The notes: generated by a model from the sequence alone, not told the origin. 64,000 nt of DNA from Gemmatimonas sp. (GCA_965279375.1 OZ257156.1:2208001-2272000), one strand, 5' to 3'. Shown: positions 38,833-49,601, counted from the first letter of the stretch. Numbers and translations: made by a program.

Positions 38833-38858
38833 GCATCCAAGTTGCGCTTGGGTGCGAA
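38833..38858 (+). promoter_or_regulatory. ECF (SigK-like) autoregulatory promoter
   Basis: Plus strand GCATCC-N16-CGAA, same boxes and spacing as the divergent copy. Confidence 0.75.
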
Positions 38859-38913
38859 TGCCCTGCTGCCAGGAGTTGTTGTGGAACCCGATCGGAGTCT
38901 TGATGGAGCAGGC

Positions 38914-39543
38914 ATGGGCAGCGCTGCACGGCAGCATCTCTCACTCGTAAACGTGGTTGGCATCGACGCTGTCGCGTTGCCGCCGCTGTTGCCTCGCATC
39001 GCGACTGGCGATGAACGAGCGGTACGCGAGTGCGTCCAACGGTATGGCGCGCTCGTCTGGTCGCTGGCGCGTCGTTGGTCGGCGGACACGCTCGATGCGG
39101 AAGATGCGGTGCAGGAGGTCTTCATTGATCTCTGGCGCACCGCGGTACGTTTCGACGCTACCCGCGCCAGCGAAGCCGGCTGGGTGGCGATGATCGCGCG
39201 GCGACGCTTGATCGATCGCGCACGGCGGCGTCAGCGTACGCCAGAGCTGGAAGCGTTCCCCTCAGGTTTCGACGTTGCTGATGAGGCAGCGGAATCGCCC
39301 GAGGAAGAAATCGATCGCGAGTCGCGCGCGGAGCGTGCACGCGCCGTGCTCCGTTCTCTGCCACCGGCACAGCGTCAGCTGCTGGAGCTGTCGCTGCTGG
39401 ACGGAAAGACCCACGACGAGATTGCGCGCGAGACCTCGCTGCCGCTTGGCACAGTGAAATCGCATATTCGCCGCGGATTGCTCCGCGCGCGCGCGCTGCT
39501 GACGGCAAGCGTTGACACAGGACATACGGAGGGCTCGCGATGA
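38914..39543 (+). CDS. ECF sigma factor (SigK-like)
   Basis: DAEDAVQEVF, IARRRLIDR, THDEIA...LPLGTVKSHIRRG; start inferred downstream of the ECF promoter, with a GGAG RBS. Confidence 0.92.
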   Translation: MGSAARQHLSLVNVVGIDAVALPPLLPRIATGDERAVRECVQRYGALVWSLARRWSADTLDAEDAVQEVFIDLWRTAVRFDATRASEAGWVAMIARRRLIDRARRRQRTPELEAFPSGFDVADEAAESPEEEIDRESRAERARAVLRSLPPAQRQLLELSLLDGKTHDEIARETSLPLGTVKSHIRRGLLRARALLTASVDTGHTEGSR

Positions 39544-40394
39544 GCGATGACGTACACGACAAGCTGCGCGACGGTGTGCACGACGCGAGCCGAGAGGCCG
39601 CGTCTGGCGCGTCGCACGAGCAGCTGCCAGCGATGGATAATGAGGAGTGGGAGCGCGTCGTCGCGGAGCTCACGGCGGCGATGCACGGCGAGCAGCAGGG
39701 CGAGTCGATGCCAGCTGCGCTGACGGAACGGATCGTGGGGGCCGGAGAGCTGATCGTGCGTGAGCAGTCTGCGGCGCGTACAGTGCCAGTCGCGCCCTTG
39801 CCGGCGCGTCAGCGCGAGACGTCGGTGACGCCGCTGCGCGTGGTGTGGCAGTGGTCGGGGTGGTTGGCGGCCGCTGCGGTCGCGGTGTGGGTTGTTGGTT
39901 CGAGGGGCACCTCGTCTGCCGGCCGCCCTTCGACGGGCACGCCCGCGACGGCATCGTCATCGGCGGTGCGGCCATCCGCCAACAGCACTTCGGCAGGGAT
40001 GCGGCTGCGACAGACGCTGCTCGCGTCTGAGGCCGATGTCGCGCAGCTCGCGTGGACTGCGACCAAGGACTCGTCAGCCCTTGGAGCCGGCGGCGACGTG
40101 GTCTGGAGCGCACGCGCGCAGTCGGGGGTGATGCGCATCGCCGGTCTCCGCCCCAACGACCGCAAGCGCTGGCAGTATCAGCTCTGGATCTTCGACAAGC
40201 GTCGAGACCAGCGCTATCCGGTGGACGGGGGCGTCTTCGACATCCCGGCCGGCGGCGGCGAAGTCTTCGTGCCGATCAACGCGCGCGTGCCCGTGGGCGA
40301 GGCGGTGCTCTTCGCCATCACCGTGGAGCCGGCGGGCGGTGTGGTGGTGTCCACGCGCGAGCGGATCGCGTTGCTGGCCAAGGCGGGCGGCTAG
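39540..40394 (+). CDS. RskA-type anti-sigma factor
   Basis: ATGA-coupled to the sigma gene; one TM (GWLAAAAVAVWVV); YQLWI and FAITVEP.GG RskA C-terminal motifs. Confidence 0.88.
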   Translation: MSDDVHDKLRDGVHDASREAASGASHEQLPAMDNEEWERVVAELTAAMHGEQQGESMPAALTERIVGAGELIVREQSAARTVPVAPLPARQRETSVTPLRVVWQWSGWLAAAAVAVWVVGSRGTSSAGRPSTGTPATASSSAVRPSANSTSAGMRLRQTLLASEADVAQLAWTATKDSSALGAGGDVVWSARAQSGVMRIAGLRPNDRKRWQYQLWIFDKRRDQRYPVDGGVFDIPAGGGEVFVPINARVPVGEAVLFAITVEPAGGVVVSTRERIALLAKAGG

Positions 40395-40399
40395 GCCAA

Positions 40400-40426
40400 C
40401 GCGTAGGCGGGCAACACGCCGCTCGC

Positions 40427-40433
<7 letters not shown>
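40400..40433. terminator. Hairpin between convergent genes
   Basis: CGCGTAGGCG...CGCCTACGCG 10-bp perfect stem, no U-tract. Confidence 0.5.
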
Positions 40434-40597
<164 letters not shown>

Positions 40598-40635
40598 GGG
40601 TCGCCAAGCGTGTGATCGGGTGCGAGTGTTCCCGG

Positions 40636-41874
40636 ATGACCGCTCCTGAACCGCAATCCGTTCCGGATCTCGACCGTACCGCCGCGCTCGGCACCTTGCG
40701 CGCAGTCGCTCGCGCCCTGGCCGCCGGCACCAACTCCAGCGAGGTCCTGAAGACGCTGTGCGAGGCCGCGACGGCCCGTGGGCGTGCTACTGGCGCCTCA
40801 GTGGCCGAAATAAGTTCTGATACTGGCACGTTCGTAGCCAACTATGGCGATCGGGTGGAGCTTCTCGGCATTTCCTTTCCGCTACAGGGCACGATCACCG
40901 GCCGTGTGGCGCAGGAAAAGCGGACCATCGCGGTACACGCGCCGAGCGAGAGCTCGCCGTTCTTTGCGGAACTCCTTCCGCAGCTTGGCATTGGCCCCAT
41001 TCTGGTGCTGCCACTTCTCGCGCAGGACGAGCTGCTGGGAGTCCTTTCGGTCTTTCGGAACGAAGGTCAGCCTGGGTTCGACGATCTGGACGCGGAGCGG
41101 CTCGGTACCGTGGCCGACCTCGCCTCGCTGGCGCTCTGGAAGGCGCGCCTGCTGGAGAATGCCCAGTCGGCCGACGCGGCCAAGACCAGTCTGCTCGCGA
41201 CCCTTTCCCACGAACTCCGTACGCCGATCACCGCGCTCGAAGGCTACGGCGAGCTGCTGGAGGACGAGATTCTCGGGCCCCTCGCTCCGGCGCAACGCGA
41301 TGTCGTGGTCCGTCTGCGCACGGTCGGGCGTCACTTGGGCGCGATCATCGAAGACATCCTGACCTACGCCTCACTCGAGGCCGATCGGCTGATGACGCGT
41401 ACGGGCACGGTGGTGCTCGAAGAGCTGATGGACTGGCTACTCGTGTTTGTGGAGCCGCTGGCGCGCGAGAAGGGGATCGCCTTTCGCGCCGATCTCGAGG
41501 AAGGGCTGCCGTCGATTCGCACTGACGAAGGCCACGTCCGCCAGATCCTGCTCAACCTCTGTCAGAACGCCGTCAAGTTCACCGAGCAGGGGGAGGTCCA
41601 CATTCGTGTCGCGCGGGGATCCCCATTGCCTGACGGCTCGGGCACCGTGCGTTTTGCCATACGTGACACGGGCGTCGGTATCGGCACCACCGATCTGCAG
41701 CGTCTCTTTCGTCCCTTCTCGCAGTTGGAGGACGGGCCGCGACAAAAGCGCGGGACGGGGCTCGGGCTCTACATCTGCCGTCGATTGGCGACGACATTGG
41801 GCGGCCGCGTGGAGGTGGTCTCACGTCCGGGAGAGGGGAGCGTATTCACGCTCGTACTGCCGATCGCGCACTAG
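40636..41874 (+). CDS. Soluble GAF-domain histidine kinase
   Basis: GAF-like N-terminus; [33 protein letters not shown]. Confidence 0.92.
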   Translation: MTAPEPQSVPDLDRTAALGTLRAVARALAAGTNSSEVLKTLCEAATARGRATGASVAEISSDTGTFVANYGDRVELLGISFPLQGTITGRVAQEKRTIAVHAPSESSPFFAELLPQLGIGPILVLPLLAQDELLGVLSVFRNEGQPGFDDLDAERLGTVADLASLALWKARLLENAQSADAAKTSLLATLSHELRTPITALEGYGELLEDEILGPLAPAQRDVVVRLRTVGRHLGAIIEDILTYASLEADRLMTRTGTVVLEELMDWLLVFVEPLAREKGIAFRADLEEGLPSIRTDEGHVRQILLNLCQNAVKFTEQGEVHIRVARGSPLPDGSGTVRFAIRDTGVGIGTTDLQRLFRPFSQLEDGPRQKRGTGLGLYICRRLATTLGGRVEVVSRPGEGSVFTLVLPIAH

Positions 41875-41946
41875 CGAATTTCTAAGTGCGCCATGCCGGT
41901 TACTGGCCTATCCCGCACTCAGTGCTCCGTTAGATTGGGTTTCACT

Positions 41947-44739
41947 ATGACCGAGACCGCAATCACCAGCGTTTTCAACGACGGCGTCATCGCCGAACAG
42001 TTCGAGCGTTTTCGTCACGATCCCGCGAGTGTGGACGAGACCTGGCGCCAGTATTTCGCGATCGCGCAGTCGCTCTTTGCCGGCTCGGCCGGCACGAGCG
42101 CGACGCCCGTCGCTCCGGCGGGCGAGGGAGGTGGCTATAGCCTCGACATGCTGCGCAAAGCCGCCGCGGCCGCAGAGCTGCAGCAGGCGATCCGCAACTA
42201 CGGCCACCTCGCGGTACAGCTCGATCCCCTCGGCTCGCCGCCTCCTGGCGCCGATGAACTGACGGCGGAATACCACGACATCACCGAAGACGATCTCGCT
42301 ACGGTCCCCGGTTCGGCGCTCGGCGATCTGCGTTTTGCGACGGCCGCGGACTCGATTCGGCGCAAGCGCGCGGTGTACTCCACGCGCATCGGCTACGAAG
42401 TGTGGCACCTGCATGCCGACGCCGAGCGTGAGTGGTTCCGCGTGGCGTTTCGCGACGGCGTGCTCACGCGTGACCTGACGCCCGACGAGAAGAAGGCGAT
42501 CCTGCATCGCCTCAACGAAGTGGATGGCCTCGAGCGGTTCCTCGGGCGCGCGTACGTCGGCTACAAGCGGTTCTCCGTGGAGGGCACGGACACGCTCATT
42601 CCGATGCTCGACGAAGTGATCAACTCGGCCGGCCGCGCCGGCACGCAGGAAGTGGTGATCGGCATGGCGCATCGCGGCCGCTTGAACGTGCTCACGAACG
42701 TGATGGGCAAACCGTATGAGACGCTGTTCGCCGAATTCGAAGGGCGTCATGACCACGCCGACGAGAATGCCACGGGCGATGTGAAGTATCACCTGGGTTA
42801 CGCCGGCGTTCGCAACGTGGACGGCCGCGAAGTGCGGATGCGTCTCGTGCCAAATCCGTCGCATCTCGAAGTAGTCAATCCGGTACTCGAAGGCGTCGCG
42901 CGCGCACTGCAGCGCACGCCGAGCAATCTTGCCGTGCGCGACGAATCGCTGGTGTTGCCCGTGGCGATTCACGGCGACGCGGCATTCCCGGGCGAGGGCA
43001 TTGTCGCGGAGACGCTCAACATCTCCCGGCTCAACGCGTATCGCACCGGTGGCACGATTCACATCATCGTGAACAATCAGGTCGGCTTCACCACCGATCC
43101 ATCCGACGCGCGCTCCACGTACTACGCCTCCGATCTCGCGAAGGGCTTCGAGATCCCGATCTTCCACGTCAACGGCGATGACGCGCAGGCGTGCATCACC
43201 GCCGTGCGATTGGCGTGCGCGTATCGCGCCACGTTCGGCAAGGACGTGCTGATCGATCTCGTCGGTTACCGTCGTCATGGACACAACGAAGGCGATGAGC
43301 CCACGTACACGCAGCCGAATCGCTACGCGCTGATCAAGGCGCATCCGACGGTGCCGCAGGCGTGGGCCAAGCGTATCGTCGCCGAAGGCGTCATCAGCGC
43401 CGACGACGCCGTCGCCATGGAGCAGCAGGTCTCGGCGCGTTACGCGGACATTCACGCACGCTTCAAGTCATCGCTGTTGGCCAGCGAGTCACACGCGCCC
43501 TGGCCGGCAGAAGCGGAGGAACCGGCCCAGCTGGTGACCACGTCGGTCGCGGCCGATCGCCTGCAGCACTTGAACGAAGCGTTGCTGACGTGGCCCGCCA
43601 CGTTCACGCCGCACCCGCGTCTGGCCAAGCAGCTCGAGCGCCGTCGCGACGCGATGGGAGATGCGGGTGGCATCGATTGGGGCCACGCGGAATCGTTGGC
43701 GTTTGGTTCGCTGCTGGTCGAAGGGATGTCGGTGCGCATGACCGGTCAGGACGCGGAGCGTGGAACGTTCTCGCATCGTCATGCGGTGCTCAACGATGTG
43801 GAGACCGGCGGCAAGTACGCGCCGCTCGCACATCTGGACGGCGTGAAGGGCACGTTCGAGATCTACAACTCGGCGCTGTCCGAAACGGCCGTGCTCGGGT
43901 TCGAGTATGGCTTCAGCACGGTGGCCACCGAGACGCTGGTGCTGTGGGAAGCGCAGTTCGGCGATTTCGTGAACGTCGCGCAGCCGATCATCGATCAGTT
44001 CATCGTATCCGATCGCGCCAAGTGGGGCATCGACTCCGGCCTGGTGATGCTGCTCCCCCATGGCTACGAAGGCCAAGGCCCTGAGCATTCGAGCGCACGT
44101 CTCGAGCGGTTCCTGCAGCTGTGCGCCGAAGGGAACATGACGGTCGCCTACTGCAGCACGCCGGCGCAGTACTTCCATCTGCTGCGTCGTCAGGCGCTCA
44201 CGGCCAATCGTCGGCCGTTGGTGTGCATGCAGCCCAAGTCGCTGCTGCGTCTCCCGCAGGCGGCGTCGCATCTGCAGGATCTCGCGAACGGCAGCTTCCT
44301 GCCGGTCATCGACGATCCGATTGCGTCGCAGCATCGCGACGACGTGCGTCGCATCGTGTTTTGCACCGGCAAGGTGTACTACGACATGGCAGCGTCCGCC
44401 GAGCGTAGCTCGAGCGTGGCGTTGGTGCGCGTGGAACAGCTCTATCCGTGGCCGCATGAGGAAATCGCGCGCGTGATGGATCTGTATCCGGCGGTGGAGC
44501 AGGTGGTGTGGGTGCAGGAAGAGCCCAAGAATCAGGGCGCGTGGACGTACGTGCAGCCGCGCCTGCGCGCGTCGGCAGGTGCCGCGGTTGGCGTGCGCTA
44601 CGTTGGTCGTCCGGAGCGCGCGAGCCCGGCCGAGGGCTACAAGGACGTACATGATGCGGAGCAGGCGCGCATCGTGGCGTTGGCACTCGATACAGGCGAT
44701 GTCGCGATGGAACGGCAGACGCTGCGGGTGATGCAATGA
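41947..44739 (+). CDS. sucA: 2-oxoglutarate dehydrogenase E1 component
   Basis: GMAHRGRLN, GDVKYHLG, NPSHLE, HGDAAF.GEG, GYRRHGHNE, WEAQFGDF, PHGYEGQGPEHSSAR. Confidence 0.97.
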   Translation: MTETAITSVFNDGVIAEQFERFRHDPASVDETWRQYFAIAQSLFAGSAGTSATPVAPAGEGGGYSLDMLRKAAAAAELQQAIRNYGHLAVQLDPLGSPPPGADELTAEYHDITEDDLATVPGSALGDLRFATAADSIRRKRAVYSTRIGYEVWHLHADAEREWFRVAFRDGVLTRDLTPDEKKAILHRLNEVDGLERFLGRAYVGYKRFSVEGTDTLIPMLDEVINSAGRAGTQEVVIGMAHRGRLNVLTNVMGKPYETLFAEFEGRHDHADENATGDVKYHLGYAGVRNVDGREVRMRLVPNPSHLEVVNPVLEGVARALQRTPSNLAVRDESLVLPVAIHGDAAFPGEGIVAETLNISRLNAYRTGGTIHIIVNNQVGFTTDPSDARSTYYASDLAKGFEIPIFHVNGDDAQACITAVRLACAYRATFGKDVLIDLVGYRRHGHNEGDEPTYTQPNRYALIKAHPTVPQAWAKRIVAEGVISADDAVAMEQQVSARYADIHARFKSSLLASESHAPWPAEAEEPAQLVTTSVAADRLQHLNEALLTWPATFTPHPRLAKQLERRRDAMGDAGGIDWGHAESLAFGSLLVEGMSVRMTGQDAERGTFSHRHAVLNDVETGGKYAPLAHLDGVKGTFEIYNSALSETAVLGFEYGFSTVATETLVLWEAQFGDFVNVAQPIIDQFIVSDRAKWGIDSGLVMLLPHGYEGQGPEHSSARLERFLQLCAEGNMTVAYCSTPAQYFHLLRRQALTANRRPLVCMQPKSLLRLPQAASHLQDLANGSFLPVIDDPIASQHRDDVRRIVFCTGKVYYDMAASAERSSSVALVRVEQLYPWPHEEIARVMDLYPAVEQVVWVQEEPKNQGAWTYVQPRLRASAGAAVGVRYVGRPERASPAEGYKDVHDAEQARIVALALDTGDVAMERQTLRVMQ

Positions 44740-47450
44740 TGCGTCGCGCATCATGCCGAACGCCTCAATCGATCACGAGCGCCGCAGCCATTGCTGCGGC
44801 GCTCGTCGTTGGGGCGCTGTCGATGTCAGCGCGTTCGCTCTCCGCGCAGGGCGCAGCCACCATCGACCGCGGTGCCGCGGCGCTCGGCTCCGAGCTGGCA
44901 GGGCTGGGTACCAGAGGTCGCGTGCTGACCGTCGCCGCACATCCCGATGACGAGGATACGCAGTTCATCACGTGGTTGACGCGTGGACGTCATGTGGAGA
45001 CGGCCTATCTATCGCTCACGCGTGGAGACGGCGGACAGAACCTGCTCGGCAACGAGCTGGGAGAAGCACTCGGCGCCATTCGTACGCAGGAGCTGCTGGC
45101 GGCTCGACGTATCGACGGTGGTCGCCAGTTCTTCACGCGCGCCTTCGACTTTGGCTTCAGCAAGAACGCCGAAGAGACCTACACGCACTGGCCCAAGGAT
45201 TCGATTCTGGGCGACGTGATTCGTGTGGTGCGCTCGTTCCGGCCGCACGTAATGGTCGGGTTTTTCAGTGGTACGCCGCGCGACGGGCACGGGCATCATC
45301 AGGTGTCGGGGCTGTTGGCGCGCGAGGCGTACGAACTCTCGGCGGACACCGTGCGCTTTCCTGTTGCTGGCTATGGACTGCCGTGGACCGTGTCCAAGTT
45401 CTATCGCAGTGCTCGACAGAACATGGCCGGTGGATCGCTGCGGATGAACGTGGGTGAGTACGACGCGCTGTTGGGGCGGAGTTACTACGAGATCGCCGCC
45501 GAAAGCCGGTCGCAGCACAAGTCGCAGGGCTTTGGCGTGCTGCAGCGGAAGGGTGCGATCCCCGATGCGGTGGTTCGCGAGGCGGCGCGCGTGGGGCCGG
45601 CCGATTCCACGTCGGAGCGCTCGCTGTTTGATGGTGTCGATACCACGTGGGCGCGTGTGCGTCGCGTGTTGCCCTCGATGGCGCAGGCACAGCTCGATTC
45701 GGCGCTGATGTTGTTCGGCACGGCGCGGCAGCTGTATCGCGCGGAAGATCCCACGCCGACGATTGCGCCGCTGGCGAATGCGTTGCGTCTTGTCCGTGCG
45801 GTGCGCGATGCGAGCGGCGCGCCACCCGCAGTGTTGTTGTCGGCGGTCTCGGGCGCGCCCGCGAGGATCGGTGTGCGCAATGCAAAGTCGGCGGATCTGG
45901 ATGCGTGGAGCGCGCTGCGCTTGACGGAGGCGCGTGCCGAGCGTGCGCTGACGCTCGCGGCGGGCGTGGCTGTGGAGGCGACGGCGCCCAAGGCACTCTT
46001 CCCGGTGCGTGAATCGGCGAAGACGAACGTCGGCGACTCGCTGCCGGTGACGATCACGATCTTCAATCGCGGCCGCGTTCCGGTGACGATGCAGTACGCG
46101 GGGCTGCGAGACTATCCGCCGCCGACGGGTGTTCCCCAGGAGCGGAACATCGCCATTGCGCCCGACAGCGCGCTGACGGTGAGTCGATGGGCGGTGGCGT
46201 TCGAGCCGGCCACGCCGTGGTGGCGCGTGAATGGGCGTCGTCAGCAGGACTGGTTCCAGACGCCGATCGACGCGAACGATGAATCGCAGCAGCAGGATCG
46301 CACGGCAACGGTGGTACGCGCCTCGGTCGAGATTGCCGGAGTGTCGGTGACGATTCCCGCCGTGGTCGTCAATCGCTACGCCGATCCGATCAAGGGCGAT
46401 CAGCAGGTGCCTGTTGCGGCCGTTCCTGGCATCACGGTTGGTCTCGAGAACGTGTTCGAGTACATCCGCGCCGGCGTCCCCGTGGAGCGCGATGTTCGCG
46501 TGCTGATCACGTCTGCATACGACGCCGTGTCACGTGTGACGGTGAAGTTGGAAATTCCCAAGGGGCTCGTGGCTGACTCCCTCGAGCGCGTGCGTGATGT
46601 CGCGGCGGGTGGCAGCACCGTCGTCACGTTCCGCTTGCGCGGTATCGTGCAGCCGGGGCGCAATCTCGTGGGCGCGTTCGCGTCGCATGACGGCGCCACA
46701 TCGACCTCGGGCTACTACACGATCAACTACGACCACATCGCACCGCAGCGGCTGTACGGCACGTCGGGGATGTATCTGTCAGCGGTGAGTGTGAAGCTGC
46801 CGCCGCGGGCGAAGGTGGGCTACATCGTCGGCGTTGGCGATCGCGGCTACGAAGCGTTGCAGCAGCTCGACGTGAGCGTAGAGAAGATCGAGCCGGCAGC
46901 GTTGCCGGGGATGGACCTGTCGCGCTTCACGTCCATCGTCGTGGGGCCGCGTGCCTACGAGTCGAGCGAAACGCTGGTCAAGCAGAACCCACGCCTGCTG
47001 GACTACGCCAATCGTGGCGGTACGCTGGTGGTGCAGTACGGCGCGCAGGACATGAGCCGTTTCCCTGTCACGCCGTATCCGCTGCAGTGGACGCGGCCGG
47101 CCGCGCGAGTCACGATGGAGCAAGCGCCGGTTAAACTGCTCGCGCCGACGTCGCCGCTGCTCACGACGCCCAACAAGATCAGCGACGATGACTGGAAAGA
47201 CTGGGTGCAGGAGCGCGCCACGTACATGCCGAGCACGATCGACAAGCGCTATACGTCCGTGCTGGGAATGAACGATCCGGGCGAGCCGGAGAACGCGGGC
47301 GGCCTGCTCGTCGCGCCGGTGGGGAAGGGCAAGTACGTGTACGTCACGCTCGCGCTCTTCCGCCAGTTGCCGAACGGTGTGCCGGGTGCGGCGCGTATTC
47401 TGCTCAATCTCGTGAATGCGGCGCCGACAGTCGTACCGCCCAAGATGTAG
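44736..47450 (+). CDS. Exported PIG-L/LmbE-family deacetylase with Ig-like and C-terminal GATase-like regions
   Basis: AHPDDED, LTRGDGGQN, RTQEL, DFGFSK, HGHH, SQHKSQG; signal peptide. Confidence 0.9.
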   Translation: MMRRASCRTPQSITSAAAIAAALVVGALSMSARSLSAQGAATIDRGAAALGSELAGLGTRGRVLTVAAHPDDEDTQFITWLTRGRHVETAYLSLTRGDGGQNLLGNELGEALGAIRTQELLAARRIDGGRQFFTRAFDFGFSKNAEETYTHWPKDSILGDVIRVVRSFRPHVMVGFFSGTPRDGHGHHQVSGLLAREAYELSADTVRFPVAGYGLPWTVSKFYRSARQNMAGGSLRMNVGEYDALLGRSYYEIAAESRSQHKSQGFGVLQRKGAIPDAVVREAARVGPADSTSERSLFDGVDTTWARVRRVLPSMAQAQLDSALMLFGTARQLYRAEDPTPTIAPLANALRLVRAVRDASGAPPAVLLSAVSGAPARIGVRNAKSADLDAWSALRLTEARAERALTLAAGVAVEATAPKALFPVRESAKTNVGDSLPVTITIFNRGRVPVTMQYAGLRDYPPPTGVPQERNIAIAPDSALTVSRWAVAFEPATPWWRVNGRRQQDWFQTPIDANDESQQQDRTATVVRASVEIAGVSVTIPAVVVNRYADPIKGDQQVPVAAVPGITVGLENVFEYIRAGVPVERDVRVLITSAYDAVSRVTVKLEIPKGLVADSLERVRDVAAGGSTVVTFRLRGIVQPGRNLVGAFASHDGATSTSGYYTINYDHIAPQRLYGTSGMYLSAVSVKLPPRAKVGYIVGVGDRGYEALQQLDVSVEKIEPAALPGMDLSRFTSIVVGPRAYESSETLVKQNPRLLDYANRGGTLVVQYGAQDMSRFPVTPYPLQWTRPAARVTMEQAPVKLLAPTSPLLTTPNKISDDDWKDWVQERATYMPSTIDKRYTSVLGMNDPGEPENAGGLLVAPVGKGKYVYVTLALFRQLPNGVPGAARILLNLVNAAPTVVPPKM

Positions 47451-47604
47451 CGAACGGCAAACCGCGACGGCAACTGCAACAGACTGGAAAAGGATGACGC
47501 GGAAACAGCGGGGATATTGCGGCCGATTCGGCTCGCGCTTGGCAGTATCCCTGAAAATCTCCGCTGTCGATCCGCGCCATCCCTCCTAAAGCAGTTGCTG
47601 TTCG
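47451..47604. repeat. Long imperfect nested inverted repeat
   Basis: Five nested helices pairing 47470-47520 with 47542-47598, between convergent genes. Confidence 0.6.
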
Positions 47605-47605
47605 T

Positions 47606-49297
47606 TCAGCGAGAAGAAGCCGACGTTGGCGCACCGCCGCCGAGGCTCAGCAACGAGCCCACGACGAGCACGGTGACCGCGCCAATGACGTTGTGCCAGA
47701 GGAACGAGACGGTCGGCATGCCGAATGAGACGGCGGCGACGGTGCTCATTCCGGCCAGCAGTCCGACAAACGCGCCCAGCGCGCGTGCTCTGGGAATCAT
47801 CGCGAGCAGGAAGACTCCCAGGATCGATCCATAGAAGAACGAGCCGAAGCGATTGACGACTTCGATGAGCGAGCCGAGTGTGGCGGCGTACGATGCCACG
47901 AGACAGGCGAAGATGCCCCATCCGGCGGTTGCGACGCGTGAGACCATGAGGAAATGCTCGTCGCTCGCTTCGGGGCGATACCAGCGGCGATAGAAGTCGA
48001 TCACGGTCGCAGTCGAGAGCGAACTCAGCTCCGCCGAGATCGCCGACATCGCCGCGCCCAGTACGGCTGCGATGAACAGACCCGCCAGTCCGAGTGGCAG
48101 GTAGCCGATCACGAAGCGCGGGATGATGTAGTTCACGTCGCGCGACGGCTGCCCGGTGATCCGCGCAGCCTCGGCGAGCGCCTCGGTGCGTACGTCCGTC
48201 ACCACTTTGTCTGCCGCGCGGAATTGTTCGAGCGACGCACGCGTTTGCTCGTTGTTGCCGCTGCGGCGCGCGTCGGAGGTGGCGCGCGCAGCACTGGTCC
48301 GCTCGGCGATCGACGCGGCGTAGCGTGACTCGAGCTGCGCATACACGGCCGGTTCGGCGGACTTCACCTGCTCAGCGTGCGCCGGGTTGTAGAGCATCGG
48401 CGCCGGCTCGAACAGGAAGAAGAGAAACACGAGCACGCCGACCAGCAGCACCAGCGCCTGCAGCGGGATCTTCCAGTAGGCGCTCATCAGCAGCGAGCTG
48501 CGTGCCTCTTCAACCGACTTGGCCGAGAGGTAGCGCTGCACCTGACTCTGGTCGGTTCCGAAATACGAGAGCATCAGGAACGTGCCGCCGATGATGCCCG
48601 ACCAGAACGTGTACGTCTTGGTGATGTCGAACGAGAAGTCGAAGACCTGCAGCCGTCCGGCTGCACCGGCGACGTGCAGCGCATCGTCCAGGGGAATGGG
48701 CATGCGCATGATGAGCACGATCACGACAGACGTGAGCGCTGCTACGACGATGACCATCTGCTTGACGTCCGCCCAAGCGACGGCGCGCACTCCGCCGAAG
48801 ACGGTGTAGGTGATGGTCGGGATGCCGATCAGTGCAACGCACCAGCCGAGGTTCCAGCCAAAGATCGCGGAAAAGACGACCGCTGGCGCGGCAAGGATTG
48901 TGCTGCAGGACATACCGCGCGACAGCAGGAAGAGGAGGCTCGTGAGCGAGCGCGTCTTCGCGTCGAAGCGGCGTTCGAGGTATTCGTAGGCGGTGTAGAC
49001 CTTGGCACCGTGCAGGAACGGCACCAGGGTGACGCCCAGGATAACCATCGCGATTGGCAGTCCAAAGTAGAACTGCACGAAGCGCAGACCGTCGGTGGCA
49101 CCCTGTCCTGTGGTGCCGATGAGCGTGACCGCGGAGAGCTGCGTGGCCATGACCGAGAGGCCGACAGCCCACCACGGCAGGCTGCGGCCGGCGAGGAAGT
49201 AGCCTTCGAGGTTGGAGGTGCCGCGCGAGCGTCGCAGGCCATCGACGACCAGATAGAGCAGGTACGCCGCGACGACCAGCCAGTTGATCCAATGCAT
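47606..49297 (-). CDS. Sodium:solute symporter (SSS family)
   Basis: YFLAGRSLPWW, AYEYLERRF, GTDQSQVQRYL, AAMS; 13-14 hydrophobic segments. Confidence 0.95.
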   Translation of the reverse strand: MHWINWLVVAAYLLYLVVDGLRRSRGTSNLEGYFLAGRSLPWWAVGLSVMATQLSAVTLIGTTGQGATDGLRFVQFYFGLPIAMVILGVTLVPFLHGAKVYTAYEYLERRFDAKTRSLTSLLFLLSRGMSCSTILAAPAVVFSAIFGWNLGWCVALIGIPTITYTVFGGVRAVAWADVKQMVIVVAALTSVVIVLIMRMPIPLDDALHVAGAAGRLQVFDFSFDITKTYTFWSGIIGGTFLMLSYFGTDQSQVQRYLSAKSVEEARSSLLMSAYWKIPLQALVLLVGVLVFLFFLFEPAPMLYNPAHAEQVKSAEPAVYAQLESRYAASIAERTSAARATSDARRSGNNEQTRASLEQFRAADKVVTDVRTEALAEAARITGQPSRDVNYIIPRFVIGYLPLGLAGLFIAAVLGAAMSAISAELSSLSTATVIDFYRRWYRPEASDEHFLMVSRVATAGWGIFACLVASYAATLGSLIEVVNRFGSFFYGSILGVFLLAMIPRARALGAFVGLLAGMSTVAAVSFGMPTVSFLWHNVIGAVTVLVVGSLLSLGGGAPTSASSR

Positions 49298-49301
49298 GGC
49301 G

Positions 49302-49400
49302 TCAGTACGTGTAGCGAGTCTGCAGGAGCCAGAGCAACGCGAGGGCGATGGTCTGGATCACGAGCACGCGCCAGAGCGTCGTGCGAAACGGGGTGGGCAT
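49302..49400 (-). CDS. 32-aa single-TM small protein upstream of the symporter
   Basis: Hand-translated MPTPFRTTLWRVLVIQTIALALLWLLQTRYTY; its stop lies 4 nt before the symporter ATG. Confidence 0.65.
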   Translation of the reverse strand: MPTPFRTTLWRVLVIQTIALALLWLLQTRYTY

Positions 49401-49601
49401 AGGCAGTAAAAATACCGCGTGGTCGCGTTACCCGGATTGGGGGATATTCGCCCTCCCACTGGTGTCCTCCGTCGGACGACCATTTGACCTCAGCCGCCAG
49501 CCAGCGCTATGCTTCCAATTCAGACGACGACCTGTGCAGGGCAGCGTAGGGCTGCGACGACGCCGTCGCGACACGCGAGCGCAGCACGTTGCGGTTGATG
49601 C

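Noticed and set aside
49531..49593. Run of short hairpins upstream of the hybrid kinase as an ANTAR target
   Set aside because: The loops do not fit the AxxG hexaloop consensus, and short stems are expected by chance at this GC content.
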